A stretch of 64,000 bases of DNA, from positions 13,977 to 77,976 of the forward strand of contig CAKPJX010000002.1 in the NCBI GenBank assembly GCA_934163035.1, given 5' to 3'. Under the pieces are notes generated by a model. The model ran no database searches and was not told where the DNA came from. It was given only the letters and a program-made list of their open reading frames with translations. This document shows positions 29,214 to 39,657 of the stretch, in pieces (within the stretch, counting starts at the first letter, position 1; every line of letters begins with the position of its first letter). Source of the DNA: an uncultured Bacilli bacterium (lineage in GTDB: Bacteria; Bacillota_I; Bacilli_A; RF39; UBA660). The position numbers were made by a program, and so were the translations under genes.

Positions 29214-30530
29214 TTAAAAAGGCATCTTCATCTTACCATTAGACATCATCTTCATCATTTTCTTCATTTGTTCAAATTGCTGTAGTAACTTATTAACTTC
29301 TTGAACTGAAGTTCCACTACCTTTAGCAATCCTAGTTTTTCTACTTGCCTTTATTATATCAGGATTTCTTCTTTCCTTAACAGTCATAGATAAAACAATT
29401 GCTTCTATGTGAGCCATCTGTTTAGGATCAATCTTTACATTAGTAAGTCCCATCTTTTTAGCACCAGGAATTAATTTAATTAAATTCTCTAAAGGACCTA
29501 ATTTCTTCATCTGCTTCATTGTCGCTAAAAAGTCTTCTAAATCAAACTTTCCCTGTTGCATTTTCTTAGCTGTTTTATAAGCCTCTTTTTCATCAATAGC
29601 CTCAGTTGCCTTTTCAACTAAAGAAACTATATCACCCATTCCCAAAATTCTTCCTGCCATTCTCTCCGGATCAAAACTATCAAGACCATCTAACTTTTCA
29701 GAAACACCAATAAACTTAATAGGAACATTAGTTAAATGTCTAACAGATAAAGCTACACCGCCTCTAGTATCGCCATCTAGCTTAGTTAAAATAACTCCTG
29801 TTAATGGCAATTTATCATTAAAACCAGTAATAACATTAATTGCATCTTGCCCCATCATTGAGTCAATTACTAATAATACTTCTTGTGGATTAACTGTATC
29901 TTTTATATTGATAAGTTCATCCATAAGCTCTAAGTCTATATGAAGTCGACCAGCTGTATCAATTAAAACATAATCATAATTATTCTCTTTTGCATAAATA
30001 ATCGCATTTTTAGAAATTAAAACAGGATCAGCCTTACCTTCATCATAAACCTCAATACCCAATTGTTTTCCTAATTGCTTCAATTGATCTATAGCTGCCG
30101 GTCTATAAACATCACAAGCTACTAATAATGGCTTTTTTGCCTCTTTTTTTCTTAAATAATTAGCAAGTTTAGCAGCTGTAGTTGTCTTACCAGAACCCTG
30201 TAATCCAACGAGCATCAAAATAGCCGGATTGCCTTTAGTATTTAAAGGAGCACTCTCTCCTCCAAGAAGAGATGTAAGTTCATCTTTTACAATTTTAACA
30301 AATAAATCACCAGGATTTATACTACTAGCAACCTCTTCACCTAATGCTTTCTCCTTAACAGAATTAGTAAATTCTTTAACAACTTTATAGTTAACATCTG
30401 CCTCTAATAAAGCAAGACGTACTTCTCTCATCATTTCAGAAATATTATCCTCAGTTATTTTTCCATAACCTTTTATTTTATGTACGATAGACTGTAATCT
30501 ATCACCTAAACTCTCAAACATTATAATCAC
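29214..30530 (-). CDS. ffh: signal recognition particle protein Ffh
   Basis: N domain, G domain (GLQGSGKTTTAAKLA, DTAGR, TKLDGD) and a Met-rich M domain. Confidence 0.95.
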   Translation of the reverse strand: MIIMFESLGDRLQSIVHKIKGYGKITEDNISEMMREVRLALLEADVNYKVVKEFTNSVKEKALGEEVASSINPGDLFVKIVKDELTSLLGGESAPLNTKGNPAILMLVGLQGSGKTTTAAKLANYLRKKEAKKPLLVACDVYRPAAIDQLKQLGKQLGIEVYDEGKADPVLISKNAIIYAKENNYDYVLIDTAGRLHIDLELMDELINIKDTVNPQEVLLVIDSMMGQDAINVITGFNDKLPLTGVILTKLDGDTRGGVALSVRHLTNVPIKFIGVSEKLDGLDSFDPERMAGRILGMGDIVSLVEKATEAIDEKEAYKTAKKMQQGKFDLEDFLATMKQMKKLGPLENLIKLIPGAKKMGLTNVKIDPKQMAHIEAIVLSMTVKERRNPDIIKASRKTRIAKGSGTSVQEVNKLLQQFEQMKKMMKMMSNGKMKMPF

Positions 30531-30571
30531 CTACTAAATATTATAAATAAATAAGTAAAATAAGTAAAGAA

Positions 30572-30598
30572 AAGAAAAAAAAACTGCAAAAGCAGTTT
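30572..30598 (-). terminator. intrinsic terminator after the HerA-like gene
   Basis: Minus strand: AAACTGCTTTTGCAGTTT hairpin followed by T9. Confidence 0.55.
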
Positions 30599-32765
30599 AT
30601 TCAGAAAGACTAACCAAAGGAACTCCAGTATCCGTTTGTGGCATTGACGAACCGAAATCATTAACAGGTGTATTATTAATAATACTTGGTGTAGAAAAAG
30701 ATGCATTACCAACACTAGGACTAGAATCATTCATAACAAAATAATCATTGTTAGAAGAATTTAATGATGAAACTTCAGGCATAGCACCTTGAGGTATAGT
30801 ATTAACAGGACTAATATTGGCAATTTGACTTGAAGCCATATTACTGTCGGTATCAAGTTGACCAATACTAGGAGTGCTTTCAAAATTATTGTTTATAGAA
30901 TGATTATAATCAAAAATAGGAGAACTATCACTAATAGTACTATTATTTACGGAATTATTATATCCAGAATTATTCTCCTGTTCATATGTAACATTTGCAG
31001 TATTAGTATTAGGATTACCATTCCATATTGTAACAACATCACAGTTACCACTCCATGGAGCAGGATTAGGCATCTCCATCTTAACAATCAATGGTATTCT
31101 AAAAGCCATACCAAAGCCCAAACAAGTACCAGCTTGTAATGTTTTCTGTTTTTGAACAATTTCATCACTAATATTTGGAACCATTTTTCTAATATAATCA
31201 ACATCAACAGGGTGGTTCATTTTAAATATCAAGAAATTTGAACACTGTGAAATAACAGTATCAGAAAGTTCAACTGGTCTTTGTGAAATAAGTCCCAAAA
31301 TAACACCGTACTTACGGCCCTCTTTAGCAATACGTTCAAATATATTATAACCAATCAAAAATCTATCAGTATCATTTTGAATGTATCTATGAGCTTCTTC
31401 AACAATAATATGAAAAGGTATACTAGCTCTTTGCTTCAATCCCTTAGCAAACTCAAATACAAGTCTTGAATAAATCTTTGTAATAACCTTAGCAAAGTCA
31501 TCATCAACATCATCTAAATTAATATTTATAATTTGAAACTTTCTACCATTATCAAGTATCATTGAAGATAAATAAGTTTCAAGTGACACATAATTAGGAT
31601 AATCAAAATACTTAGCATTATCACCAACAATTAATTCATGTAATCTAACTTTAATAGTTACAGCATCACCATAAGTATTCTCATTTCTAAGCCATCCTTC
31701 ACTAATTAAAGTAAAGTTTAAAGCCTTCTCCAAAGTATCCAAAGTATAGTAAACATCTTTCTTTGGTTCATATGAATCAAGCTCTTCTTTTATAAATGAA
31801 GATACATACTCAGTAAGTAAAACACTCTCTGTAAATTGACCTTGTTTATCAATTAAAAAACACTCTCTAAATTTTCTCGTATATCCAATTCCTTGAACAA
31901 CAGCCTCTAAATTAAATTGTTCTGTAGAACAACTAGCTAATATAGAAAAGATTTCATTCCTTTTATTAGGAGAAGTTTCATTAGTATATAAAATAGTCAT
32001 AATAGCTTTAGCAATAAGATGATTTTTATAACTATTAGCATCCATATCTTCCTGTGAAAAAACCAAAGCTAACTTTAACATTCTCTCTATTATTGGAAGT
32101 TGTGAATGATTAGTAGCTTGAAGAAGCAATGCAAGATCTGTATGGTTAAGTAAAAATATTGGTAATCTTAATTTTTCCCCAGCACTATCAACTTCATTTG
32201 TACTATATAATCTATAATTATAACTTGAATTAATACTATTTAAATTATTAAAAGCATTATAATATTCGCCTGATGAATCAAATAATAAAATATTAGCTTT
32301 ATATGGAAAAAGTCTATTATCATGAAACATATTTTGGAAAAGTCTAGAAATACCACAACTCTTACCAGATCCACTGTTACCAAATATAGCAAAATGATTA
32401 CTAAAGAAATTGTTAACATCTAAAAATACAGGATAATCATTATAAAAGGGACTAACTCCAAGTTTCATATACCCATTAGTATCTCTACCTACAATCATAG
32501 GTATTTCAGACTGTTCTATTACCCTAATTTTAGCATCCAAAGACGGTTTTCTAATTGTTCCACCTAACAACTTACCATTAACAATCTCACCTAAAAATCT
32601 AGCTTTAACAAGGTTGCCATCTAAATCATCAACCTCTCCAAGAATTTTTTTCTTATCATCCTCAAAAATAATATGCAAGTTCATTAAATTCTGAGTTAAA
32701 GCCACTCCCTCTTTTAATTTTATATTTGCTCCATGATCACTAATATAGACAATTCTATCAAACAT
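30597..32765 (-). CDS. HerA/FtsK-superfamily (DUF87-like) P-loop ATPase with a long C-terminal disordered tail
   Basis: N-terminal beta-barrel-like region. Walker A AIFGNSGSGKS, Walker B HIIVEEAHRY, then GRKYGVILGLISQRPVELSDTVISQCSNFLIFKMNHPVD, the typical HerA sensor/arginine-finger block. The last about 170 aa are N/S/T-rich low complexity. It has its own AGGGG RBS. Confidence 0.7.
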   Translation of the reverse strand: MFDRIVYISDHGANIKLKEGVALTQNLMNLHIIFEDDKKKILGEVDDLDGNLVKARFLGEIVNGKLLGGTIRKPSLDAKIRVIEQSEIPMIVGRDTNGYMKLGVSPFYNDYPVFLDVNNFFSNHFAIFGNSGSGKSCGISRLFQNMFHDNRLFPYKANILLFDSSGEYYNAFNNLNSINSSYNYRLYSTNEVDSAGEKLRLPIFLLNHTDLALLLQATNHSQLPIIERMLKLALVFSQEDMDANSYKNHLIAKAIMTILYTNETSPNKRNEIFSILASCSTEQFNLEAVVQGIGYTRKFRECFLIDKQGQFTESVLLTEYVSSFIKEELDSYEPKKDVYYTLDTLEKALNFTLISEGWLRNENTYGDAVTIKVRLHELIVGDNAKYFDYPNYVSLETYLSSMILDNGRKFQIININLDDVDDDFAKVITKIYSRLVFEFAKGLKQRASIPFHIIVEEAHRYIQNDTDRFLIGYNIFERIAKEGRKYGVILGLISQRPVELSDTVISQCSNFLIFKMNHPVDVDYIRKMVPNISDEIVQKQKTLQAGTCLGFGMAFRIPLIVKMEMPNPAPWSGNCDVVTIWNGNPNTNTANVTYEQENNSGYNNSVNNSTISDSSPIFDYNHSINNNFESTPSIGQLDTDSNMASSQIANISPVNTIPQGAMPEVSSLNSSNNDYFVMNDSSPSVGNASFSTPSIINNTPVNDFGSSMPQTDTGVPLVSLSE

Positions 32766-32802
32766 AATTTAACCCCTTTCAAACCGCCCCTATCATATAA
32801 TG

Positions 32803-32831
32803 ATTATACAAATTATTTGTCATTTTTACAA
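32803..32831 (-). promoter_or_regulatory. sigma-A-type promoter for the HerA-like gene, inside the ylxM-herA spacer
   Basis: Minus strand: TTGTAA - 17 bp - TATAAT (-35 at plus 32826-32831, -10 at plus 32803-32808), about 35 nt upstream of the ATG. Confidence 0.45.
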
Positions 32832-32867
32832 GAACAAATTGAAAAATAAAAAGAGGAAAAAATACCC

Positions 32868-33170
32868 TTAAAACAAACTATCAAATTTAACTTTAATATC
32901 TTTATCACTAGACTTCGAAACAATTTCATCAAACTTCTTTATTTTTTCCCAAAAACCAAGCTTCTCTTCAAATTCTAACAACTTTGAAACTGTAATTTTT
33001 AGTTGTTTAAAAATAGCATTTCTACTAACATTATAGTTAATTGCCATTTCCCCTAAACTTAAATTATTAAAATAATAATCTTCATAATAAGCTTTCTGTT
33101 TATCAGTCAATAAATTTGCATATATATCATATAGTTCATTATAATAAAACATATCATCCATATAGATCAC
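32868..33170 (-). CDS. ylxM: YlxM/UPF0122 putative DNA-binding protein of the SRP operon
   Basis: About 100 aa with a sigma-70 region-4-like HTH (LSLGEMAINYNVSRNAIFKQLK). The position between ftsY and ffh matches Bacillus. Confidence 0.8.
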   Translation of the reverse strand: MIYMDDMFYYNELYDIYANLLTDKQKAYYEDYYFNNLSLGEMAINYNVSRNAIFKQLKITVSKLLEFEEKLGFWEKIKKFDEIVSKSSDKDIKVKFDSLF

Positions 33171-34172
33171 CTACATCATATCTTTAAATAAACCATAAAT
33201 ATACTTTTCTATATCAAAAGCTTCTAAATCATCTTGTCCTTCTCCTAGTCCAATATATTTAACTGGTAAACCTATAATTTCTTTTATAGCCAAAACAATT
33301 CCACCTTTAGCTGTACCGTCCAATTTAGTTAACACAATTCCAGTAATATCAGTTATTTCTTTAAATGCTTTAGCTTGACTTATACCATTTTGTCCCGTAG
33401 TAGCATCAATTACTAATAAAGTTTCACTAGTACCACCATCAATTAAGCTTCCTATTACTTTATTTATCTTTTCAAGTTCATGCATTAAATTAACTTTATT
33501 TTGTAATCTACCAGCTGTATCAACTAAAACAACATCGTAATTATCATTTATCGCTTTACTAACACCATCATAAACAACACTAGCCGGATCACTACCCTCA
33601 CTTTTACTATAAAAGGCCACATCTACACGCTTACTCCATTCCTCCAGTTGTTCAATAGCACCAGCTCTAAACGTATCAGCACCAACAAGTAAAATCTTTT
33701 TACCATCTTTTTTTAATACATTCGCAATCTTACCAATAGTAGTAGTTTTACCAACACCATTTACTCCAACAAACAAAATAACAGTAGGACCATTAGGATT
33801 AAAGTTTATTTTACTTGATAAAACCTGATCACCTACATATATAATAAATAACTCATCAACAATTATCTCTTTTAATAATTCAGGATTATCAATCTTCTCT
33901 TTTCTAACACGATCTCTTAATCTATCAATAAAATCCATAACAGTATTAACACCAATATCTGCCATAATTAAAATTTCTTCTAACTCATCAAAATATTCAT
34001 CTGTTACTTTTTTATATTTATTAGATAAATTAACAAGCTTTGATACAAAACCCTCTCTCGATTTAGAAAGACCTTTTTCATAAGTCTTAACACTACTATC
34101 ACTATTTATATTTTTTTCATCTGAATTATTATTACCTTTAAAAATATTCTTAATTTTATTAAAAAATCCCAT
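33171..34172 (-). CDS. ftsY: signal recognition particle receptor FtsY
   Basis: NG domain GVNGVGKTTTIGKIA, DTAGR, TKLDGTAKGG; no long acidic A-domain (short Firmicutes type). Confidence 0.95.
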   Translation of the reverse strand: MGFFNKIKNIFKGNNNSDEKNINSDSSVKTYEKGLSKSREGFVSKLVNLSNKYKKVTDEYFDELEEILIMADIGVNTVMDFIDRLRDRVRKEKIDNPELLKEIIVDELFIIYVGDQVLSSKINFNPNGPTVILFVGVNGVGKTTTIGKIANVLKKDGKKILLVGADTFRAGAIEQLEEWSKRVDVAFYSKSEGSDPASVVYDGVSKAINDNYDVVLVDTAGRLQNKVNLMHELEKINKVIGSLIDGGTSETLLVIDATTGQNGISQAKAFKEITDITGIVLTKLDGTAKGGIVLAIKEIIGLPVKYIGLGEGQDDLEAFDIEKYIYGLFKDMM

Positions 34173-34391
34173 ATAATCACCACTTAAATTGTATCACTTA
34201 TATAATAAGTTGTAAATAAAGGTTCTAATTCTTATTGTGATCTCATCACTGCAATATTAAAAAGAATTTGATCACTTAGCTTGACAGATAATATGTAAAT
34301 AAATGAAAAAATAATAATTAAGAACCAAAACAGTGGTAATTATAGATATGAATATTTTATCATATACTTGTCGTTAAAGAGAGGAAAATTT

Positions 34392-35458
34392 ATGTCACAA
34401 AGAGAAATAAAAATAATGCGAAAGGAATATACATATAAATATATTTTAGAAAATAATATTCCTATAAATTATGGTATTAAATCATTAATATTTTCAAAAA
34501 ACGATTTAGATGCTGATATGTCTTTATTGAAAAACATAACATCTATAAAACCTGCTCCTGTGCTTAAATTTTTAGACTTTGAATCTGTAGCATTTGTTGA
34601 TAGACAATTAAAGGAAAAAATTAGTAATAATTGTGTTTTAGTAGATGATTCATTACGTATAAATAGAGAATATATAGATCTAACTAAAATTAAAAATATA
34701 GACCTAACAATCCCTCTAGATTACTTGGTATGGGGAGTAAAATTTAATGATAAGGTTAATACTTATTGTTTTAAATATTGTGGAAGACCATATGGCACTT
34801 ATCGTTATTTAAGTATTAACGGAAATACATCCTTATCATTAACTGATTTAAAAAAATTAGGAAAACTATAGAAGAATTAGGAAATAGCAGTATAAAAAAT
34901 GATATAGAAAAAGTATATTATATTTCCGACTTTTTACAAAGTAGAACACAATTCATATATGGGAGGGAATCAGAAAGTAATGGCAGAATATTTGTAACCC
35001 CTAATTTCCCACAACATGAAAAATATAGTCCCCAGTTTGTACATGATACTGTAGAAAATGTATTAAATAATAATAATGGAATTTGTATGTCCATTGCAAA
35101 TTTATCAACTTTACTTTTAAACAACCCTGTATTTGATGTAGAAACTGAAACAGTAATTGGAGCAGAACATGTATGGAATAAAGTATTAATAGATGGTAAA
35201 TACTATTATTTTGATAATACCTGGGCAATTACTAGAAGTGAGTACGGTCATCCAGATGGATTAATCACCTTAAAATTTTCAAAAAAATATTTGCTATTTG
35301 GAAATGAAACAGCTCTTGAAATTCCAGCACATAGAAAAGAAAGTGAATTTATATATAAAAACGCCGGATTATCTTCAAGTGACTATGGTAATTATGATTA
35401 TAATCAAAAATTTACATATCAAAAAAAACCAATATATCATTCATATAGAAAACAATAA
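34392..35458 (+). pseudogene. transglutaminase-like cysteine protease gene split by a -1 frameshift at an A7 run
   Basis: N-terminal 160-aa ORF (ATG 34392, AGAGAGG RBS) ends at TAG 34869-34871. The -1 frame is open from 34847 and encodes the complete catalytic core GICMSIA (Cys), EHVWNKVLIDGKYYYFDNTW (His, Asp). The first in-frame ATG falls only at the catalytic Cys (35087). The shift maps to TTTAAAAAAATTAGG at 34847-34861. Confidence 0.55.
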
Positions 35459-35510
35459 GATTAAATGTTTTCTTTTTTTAAACACGTTTTTTGACTTATT
35501 ATTTAACGTT

Positions 35511-36734
35511 TTAATTCTTATTATGATCTATCCTATCCCAACTAACATCTTTTACTACTAATGCTTTTACAGCACATGGAATATAACTAAAAAGATAAAT
35601 GGGATTAAATAAAATAGCCTTAATGCTAATAGAAGTATTTAAATCTAATTTACCACGTTCTTTTATTATAATTATTAAAGTTATTAAAGAAAGCATAATA
35701 TAAAGTTCAAACAAAAGAAAAAGTAGAAATAAGATAATTATATAGTTACAACTAAAAATCATTAGAATTAAATCCGAAAGCAAAAATAGTAAAATTCCAA
35801 TAATCGACATAATAAAAGGTTTAACACCAGCTATTTCTGACACAATAGAACCATAATTGGTAGCATGCAGAGATCTTTTTTCTCTAAGCTTTGCAATATA
35901 TTTTTTTCTAGAATCAAAGTATCCCCTAATCCATCTAACTCTCTGTTTTGTAGTAACACTATATTTTGTAGGCTGCTCATCATAAAAAATAGCTTTTTCA
36001 TTGTAAAAAGTACTTAATCCATTTAGTGTAGCATATAAAGTAAGTTCATAATCTTCAGTCAAACTATTAAAAGGATATCCGCCCCATTTATCTATTAAAT
36101 AGCCAGCTACATAAAAACCTGTACCACTTATCGTTAATGTATTATGATTTTTCATCTTACGCATATTAGATATAGTATTAACCATAGAAAAAGTAAGTGC
36201 TGAACAAGCTGAAATAACATTGTCATTACCATTTTTACAATTACGATAACCAATGCCAATATCATATCCACAAATATAAGTGTCTAACATATTTTTAAAA
36301 TAGTCCTTATCAAGTACATTATCAGCATCAAAAATAAAATATGCATCATAACTACGTTTCTTAATAATTTCTTTTACTCCTTCATCAAGGGCATATCCTT
36401 TACGCTTCAAATTTAAATTTTTCCTTATAATAATATTAGCCCCATACTTAGAAGCAATTAAATTTGTTTTATCACTCTTACTTTCAACAATTATATAAAC
36501 ATCAGAAAAAGGGATTTTATAACTTTGTTTTGCAATACTAATTAAAAGAGCTTCTATTACTTTCGACTCATCTCTAGCAGGAATAAGAACACAAAATTTA
36601 TATTTCTTTTTATCACATCTTTTTAAAGACAGCTTATTATACCTAGAACAAATAAGTACATATAAATAATAAATTAAACCAAAAATAATTAAAAATAATG
36701 AAATTATTCTTAAAAACAACACAATCTTTTCCAT
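35511..36734 (-). CDS. processive family-2 glycosyltransferase (IcaA/PgaC/HasA-like membrane synthase)
   Basis: N-terminal transmembrane segment, GT2 domain with CVLIPARDE, DAD (IFDADNV), the QRVRW (QxxRW) processivity motif, and a C-terminal transmembrane bundle. Confidence 0.75.
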   Translation of the reverse strand: MEKIVLFLRIISLFLIIFGLIYYLYVLICSRYNKLSLKRCDKKKYKFCVLIPARDESKVIEALLISIAKQSYKIPFSDVYIIVESKSDKTNLIASKYGANIIIRKNLNLKRKGYALDEGVKEIIKKRSYDAYFIFDADNVLDKDYFKNMLDTYICGYDIGIGYRNCKNGNDNVISACSALTFSMVNTISNMRKMKNHNTLTISGTGFYVAGYLIDKWGGYPFNSLTEDYELTLYATLNGLSTFYNEKAIFYDEQPTKYSVTTKQRVRWIRGYFDSRKKYIAKLREKRSLHATNYGSIVSEIAGVKPFIMSIIGILLFLLSDLILMIFSCNYIIILFLLFLLFELYIMLSLITLIIIIKERGKLDLNTSISIKAILFNPIYLFSYIPCAVKALVVKDVSWDRIDHNKN

Positions 36735-36735
36735 A

Positions 36736-37404
36736 TTATTTTCTAACCATATTAGGATATACTTTTTTTAAATAGTCATCCGTATAAACTTTATCATAAA
36801 ATTCTCCGACTAAAGTAAATGGTTTTACTCCCTTCCTTCGTAAATTTTGTCTAAATAAAGCTGTCCAAGAAATAGTCATATCAAAAATCAAAAAGACTAG
36901 CAAAAAAATGCTTAACAAATGTCCAATCTTATTAGGGATTTTTTCTATATAATTAGATAGAAAAGGATAAATAATTTTAATAAAGATAAGACCAAGAAAT
37001 CCCCAAAACATCATAATAGGTATGGTAGTTCTACCATTAATATTTAAAAATTTATTACTATAATTCCATGAACTAGTACCTATAAAAACTTCTAATAAAA
37101 AACTAATTACATATTCAAAAAATCCTCCAATAAAACCACCTTTTAAAAATACCAATAAGTTATTATTTTTATTACTATTAAGAAAAATTAAAAATAATAC
37201 AGTCCCAAATCCATATATCATATTAAATTGACCATATATTACAGCTGTCCGTGATGGCCATAAAATAGAACCATCTCTAAAATAATGAACAATAAAATAT
37301 TGTATTTTCTCAAATAAAGATCCAAAAATAGAAAACAAAATAAAGATCCAAAATAATTTATAAAAACATATACCTTCAGCAAATTTATTACTACTATCAC
37401 TCAT
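36736..37404 (-). CDS. small polytopic membrane protein (DUF1113-like), paralog of 19697-20224
   Basis: 222 aa. ILWPSRTAVIYGQFNMIYGFG resembles the GPWIPVYGFGG motif of the paralog. Translationally coupled (1-nt gap) to the downstream GT2 synthase. Confidence 0.4.
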   Translation of the reverse strand: MSDSSNKFAEGICFYKLFWIFILFSIFGSLFEKIQYFIVHYFRDGSILWPSRTAVIYGQFNMIYGFGTVLFLIFLNSNKNNNLLVFLKGGFIGGFFEYVISFLLEVFIGTSSWNYSNKFLNINGRTTIPIMMFWGFLGLIFIKIIYPFLSNYIEKIPNKIGHLLSIFLLVFLIFDMTISWTALFRQNLRRKGVKPFTLVGEFYDKVYTDDYLKKVYPNMVRK

Positions 37405-37545
37405 AATACTACCCTTTTTTAACTATTCAACTATATAATAGCATAAATCTTCAGAAAGACGCAACACCAGAAAAATATAGACAAAATTGAATTTATATAG
37501 TATAATTTCTAAGTTAGTTATTCACACAAAAAGAAAGGAGTTTTT

Positions 37546-39243
37546 ATGAATAAACAAGAAAACAACGGAACGAAGATAGTTGTTTTGGGTGGTTTAGGAG
37601 AAGTCGGAAAAAATATGTATTGTGTAATGCATAAAGACGCAATTGTTATTATTGATGCCGGTGTAAGTTTCCCAGAAAGCGAATTAATGGGAGTTGATTA
37701 CGTTTTACCAGATTTTACATTTTTAAAGGAAAATGAAGATAAAATTAAAGCTTTATTAATAACGCATGGTCATGAAGATCATATTGGAGGTATTCCTTTT
37801 TTACTACAAAGTATTAACATACCTGCAATCTATGCACCAAACCATGCTAAAGAATTAATTGCTGTCAAATTGCAAGATAAAAACATTAGATACGATAACT
37901 TATATGTATATACCGAAAATACTAAACTTAAATTTAAAGAAATTGAAGTTGAATTCTTCAGAACAACACACTCTATACCAGATTCACATGGTATAAGTAT
38001 TAAAACACCTGATGGTAGAATTGTCACAACTGGTGATTATAAATTTGACCTAACGCCAATAGGACCAATGGCCGATTTATACAAAATGGCATGCCTTGGT
38101 GAGAAAGGTGTTGATGTCCTAATTGGAGATTCAACAAATGCCTTAAATGAAGGATTTTCAAGTAGTGAATCAGCCGTTGATGAAACATTATCTGAAATGT
38201 TTGATAAATGTAAAACAAATAGAATTATAATTGCAACATTTGCATCAAACATTTATAGAGTTAAACATATATTTGAAACTTGCTATAAACATAATAGAAA
38301 AATCTGTATATTTGGTCGTAGTATGGAAAATAATATCAATATTTCTCTAAATGGAGGTTATATTGATCATAAAGAATTATTAATTTCACCAGAAGAAGCA
38401 AACAATTTAAAACCTGGTGAAGTAACAATTTTATGTACTGGTAGTCAAGGAGAACCACTAGCAGCATTATCAAGAATATCTAATGGTACTCACAAACAAA
38501 TAAAATTGCGTCCAGATGATGTTGTAATATTCTCATCAAGTGCTATTCCAGGTAATGCCCTAAGTATTTCAAAAACAATAAATAAACTATATTTAAAAGG
38601 TGTTAAAGTATATACTAATAGTGTCTTAACAGACTTACATACTTCTGGACATGCAAATGAAGAAGAAATTAAATTAATGATCAGATTACTTAAGCCAAAA
38701 TATTTAATGCCATTCCATGGTGATTATCGTATGCTTAAAAAACAAGCTGATATTGGAATAAGCTGTGGAATACCAAAAGAAAATACTTTCATTCTTAAAA
38801 ATGGTGATACATTAACTTTAAAAGATCACGTAATAACCAGAGGAGAAAGTATGAGTGGTGCCGATGTATATGTTGATGGTAACAGAATCGGGCAAATAGG
38901 AAGTGCCGTTATAAAAGATCGTAAAATAATGGCAAATGACGGAATACTAGTTGTAATTATAAATGTAGATATGAAAAAAAGAGAATTACTAATAAAACCA
39001 AATATTACAACAAGAGGATTTATTCTAGTAAATGAAAATGAAGAATTGATAAAGAAAATAGAGAATAAAGCTGAAGCAATAATAAAAAATGACTTACAAA
39101 ACCCAAAAACAACATTCGCAATACTAAAAAGTAATGTAACAGAACAATTATATCCATTTATCAATGAATTAACTGGCAGAAGACCAATAATTCTACCGGT
39201 AATATTAGATATAAAAAGGGAATCTGTTGAAAAAAGTGCTTAA
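37546..39243 (+). CDS. rnjA: ribonuclease J
   Basis: Metallo-beta-lactamase HGHEDHIGG, beta-CASP and C-terminal domains; 565 aa. Confidence 0.9.
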   Translation: MNKQENNGTKIVVLGGLGEVGKNMYCVMHKDAIVIIDAGVSFPESELMGVDYVLPDFTFLKENEDKIKALLITHGHEDHIGGIPFLLQSINIPAIYAPNHAKELIAVKLQDKNIRYDNLYVYTENTKLKFKEIEVEFFRTTHSIPDSHGISIKTPDGRIVTTGDYKFDLTPIGPMADLYKMACLGEKGVDVLIGDSTNALNEGFSSSESAVDETLSEMFDKCKTNRIIIATFASNIYRVKHIFETCYKHNRKICIFGRSMENNINISLNGGYIDHKELLISPEEANNLKPGEVTILCTGSQGEPLAALSRISNGTHKQIKLRPDDVVIFSSSAIPGNALSISKTINKLYLKGVKVYTNSVLTDLHTSGHANEEEIKLMIRLLKPKYLMPFHGDYRMLKKQADIGISCGIPKENTFILKNGDTLTLKDHVITRGESMSGADVYVDGNRIGQIGSAVIKDRKIMANDGILVVIINVDMKKRELLIKPNITTRGFILVNENEELIKKIENKAEAIIKNDLQNPKTTFAILKSNVTEQLYPFINELTGRRPIILPVILDIKRESVEKSA

Positions 39244-39270
39244 TTAAAGCACTTTTTAATTTTATATAAA
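39242..39270. terminator. bidirectional intrinsic terminator after rnjA
   Basis: AAAAGTGCTT-AATTA-AAGCACTTTT hairpin flanked by A- and T-runs, overlapping the rnjA stop. Confidence 0.55.
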
Positions 39271-39657
39271 GCTATAGACGTCATTATCTATTATTGTTCT
39301 TAAATCAAGTACACTACTTCGACAAAATAGTGCCACCTCAAAATAGAAATAACGTTTAGAAAAATCACTAATCCTAAATAATTCAATATAATGATTCCAC
39401 GTAAGTTCATTAAGTCTTGAAAAAAAAATAGGAAAAGTACAATAAAATATCTGCATCATTTTAATATTGAAAATGGAAAAACTATTACTACTACCAAAAC
39501 GATAAGAACAAAAAGTAGAATATTTATAAATTGAACTAGAATAAATATTCTTAGTATTATAAACTTTTCTACCAATCATCCAGAATAAAAACAATTTATT
39601 AATATTAATCACCTATTATATTATTCGAAAAAAAAAGACCATTTTCCATAGTCTTTT

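Noticed and set aside
30527-30730. 67-aa ORF overlapping the ffh start and the HerA-like gene end
   Set aside because: It spans a terminator and promoter region and two real gene ends. No RBS.
35001-35561. ORFs 35001-35228 (-) and 35298-35561 (+)
   Set aside because: Antisense to, or out of frame with, the transglutaminase-like core. Composition artefacts.
39262-39612. 116-aa ORF between rnjA and rny
   Set aside because: No RBS, highly skewed composition (F/Y/S/I), flanked by two terminators. Likely non-coding intergenic DNA.
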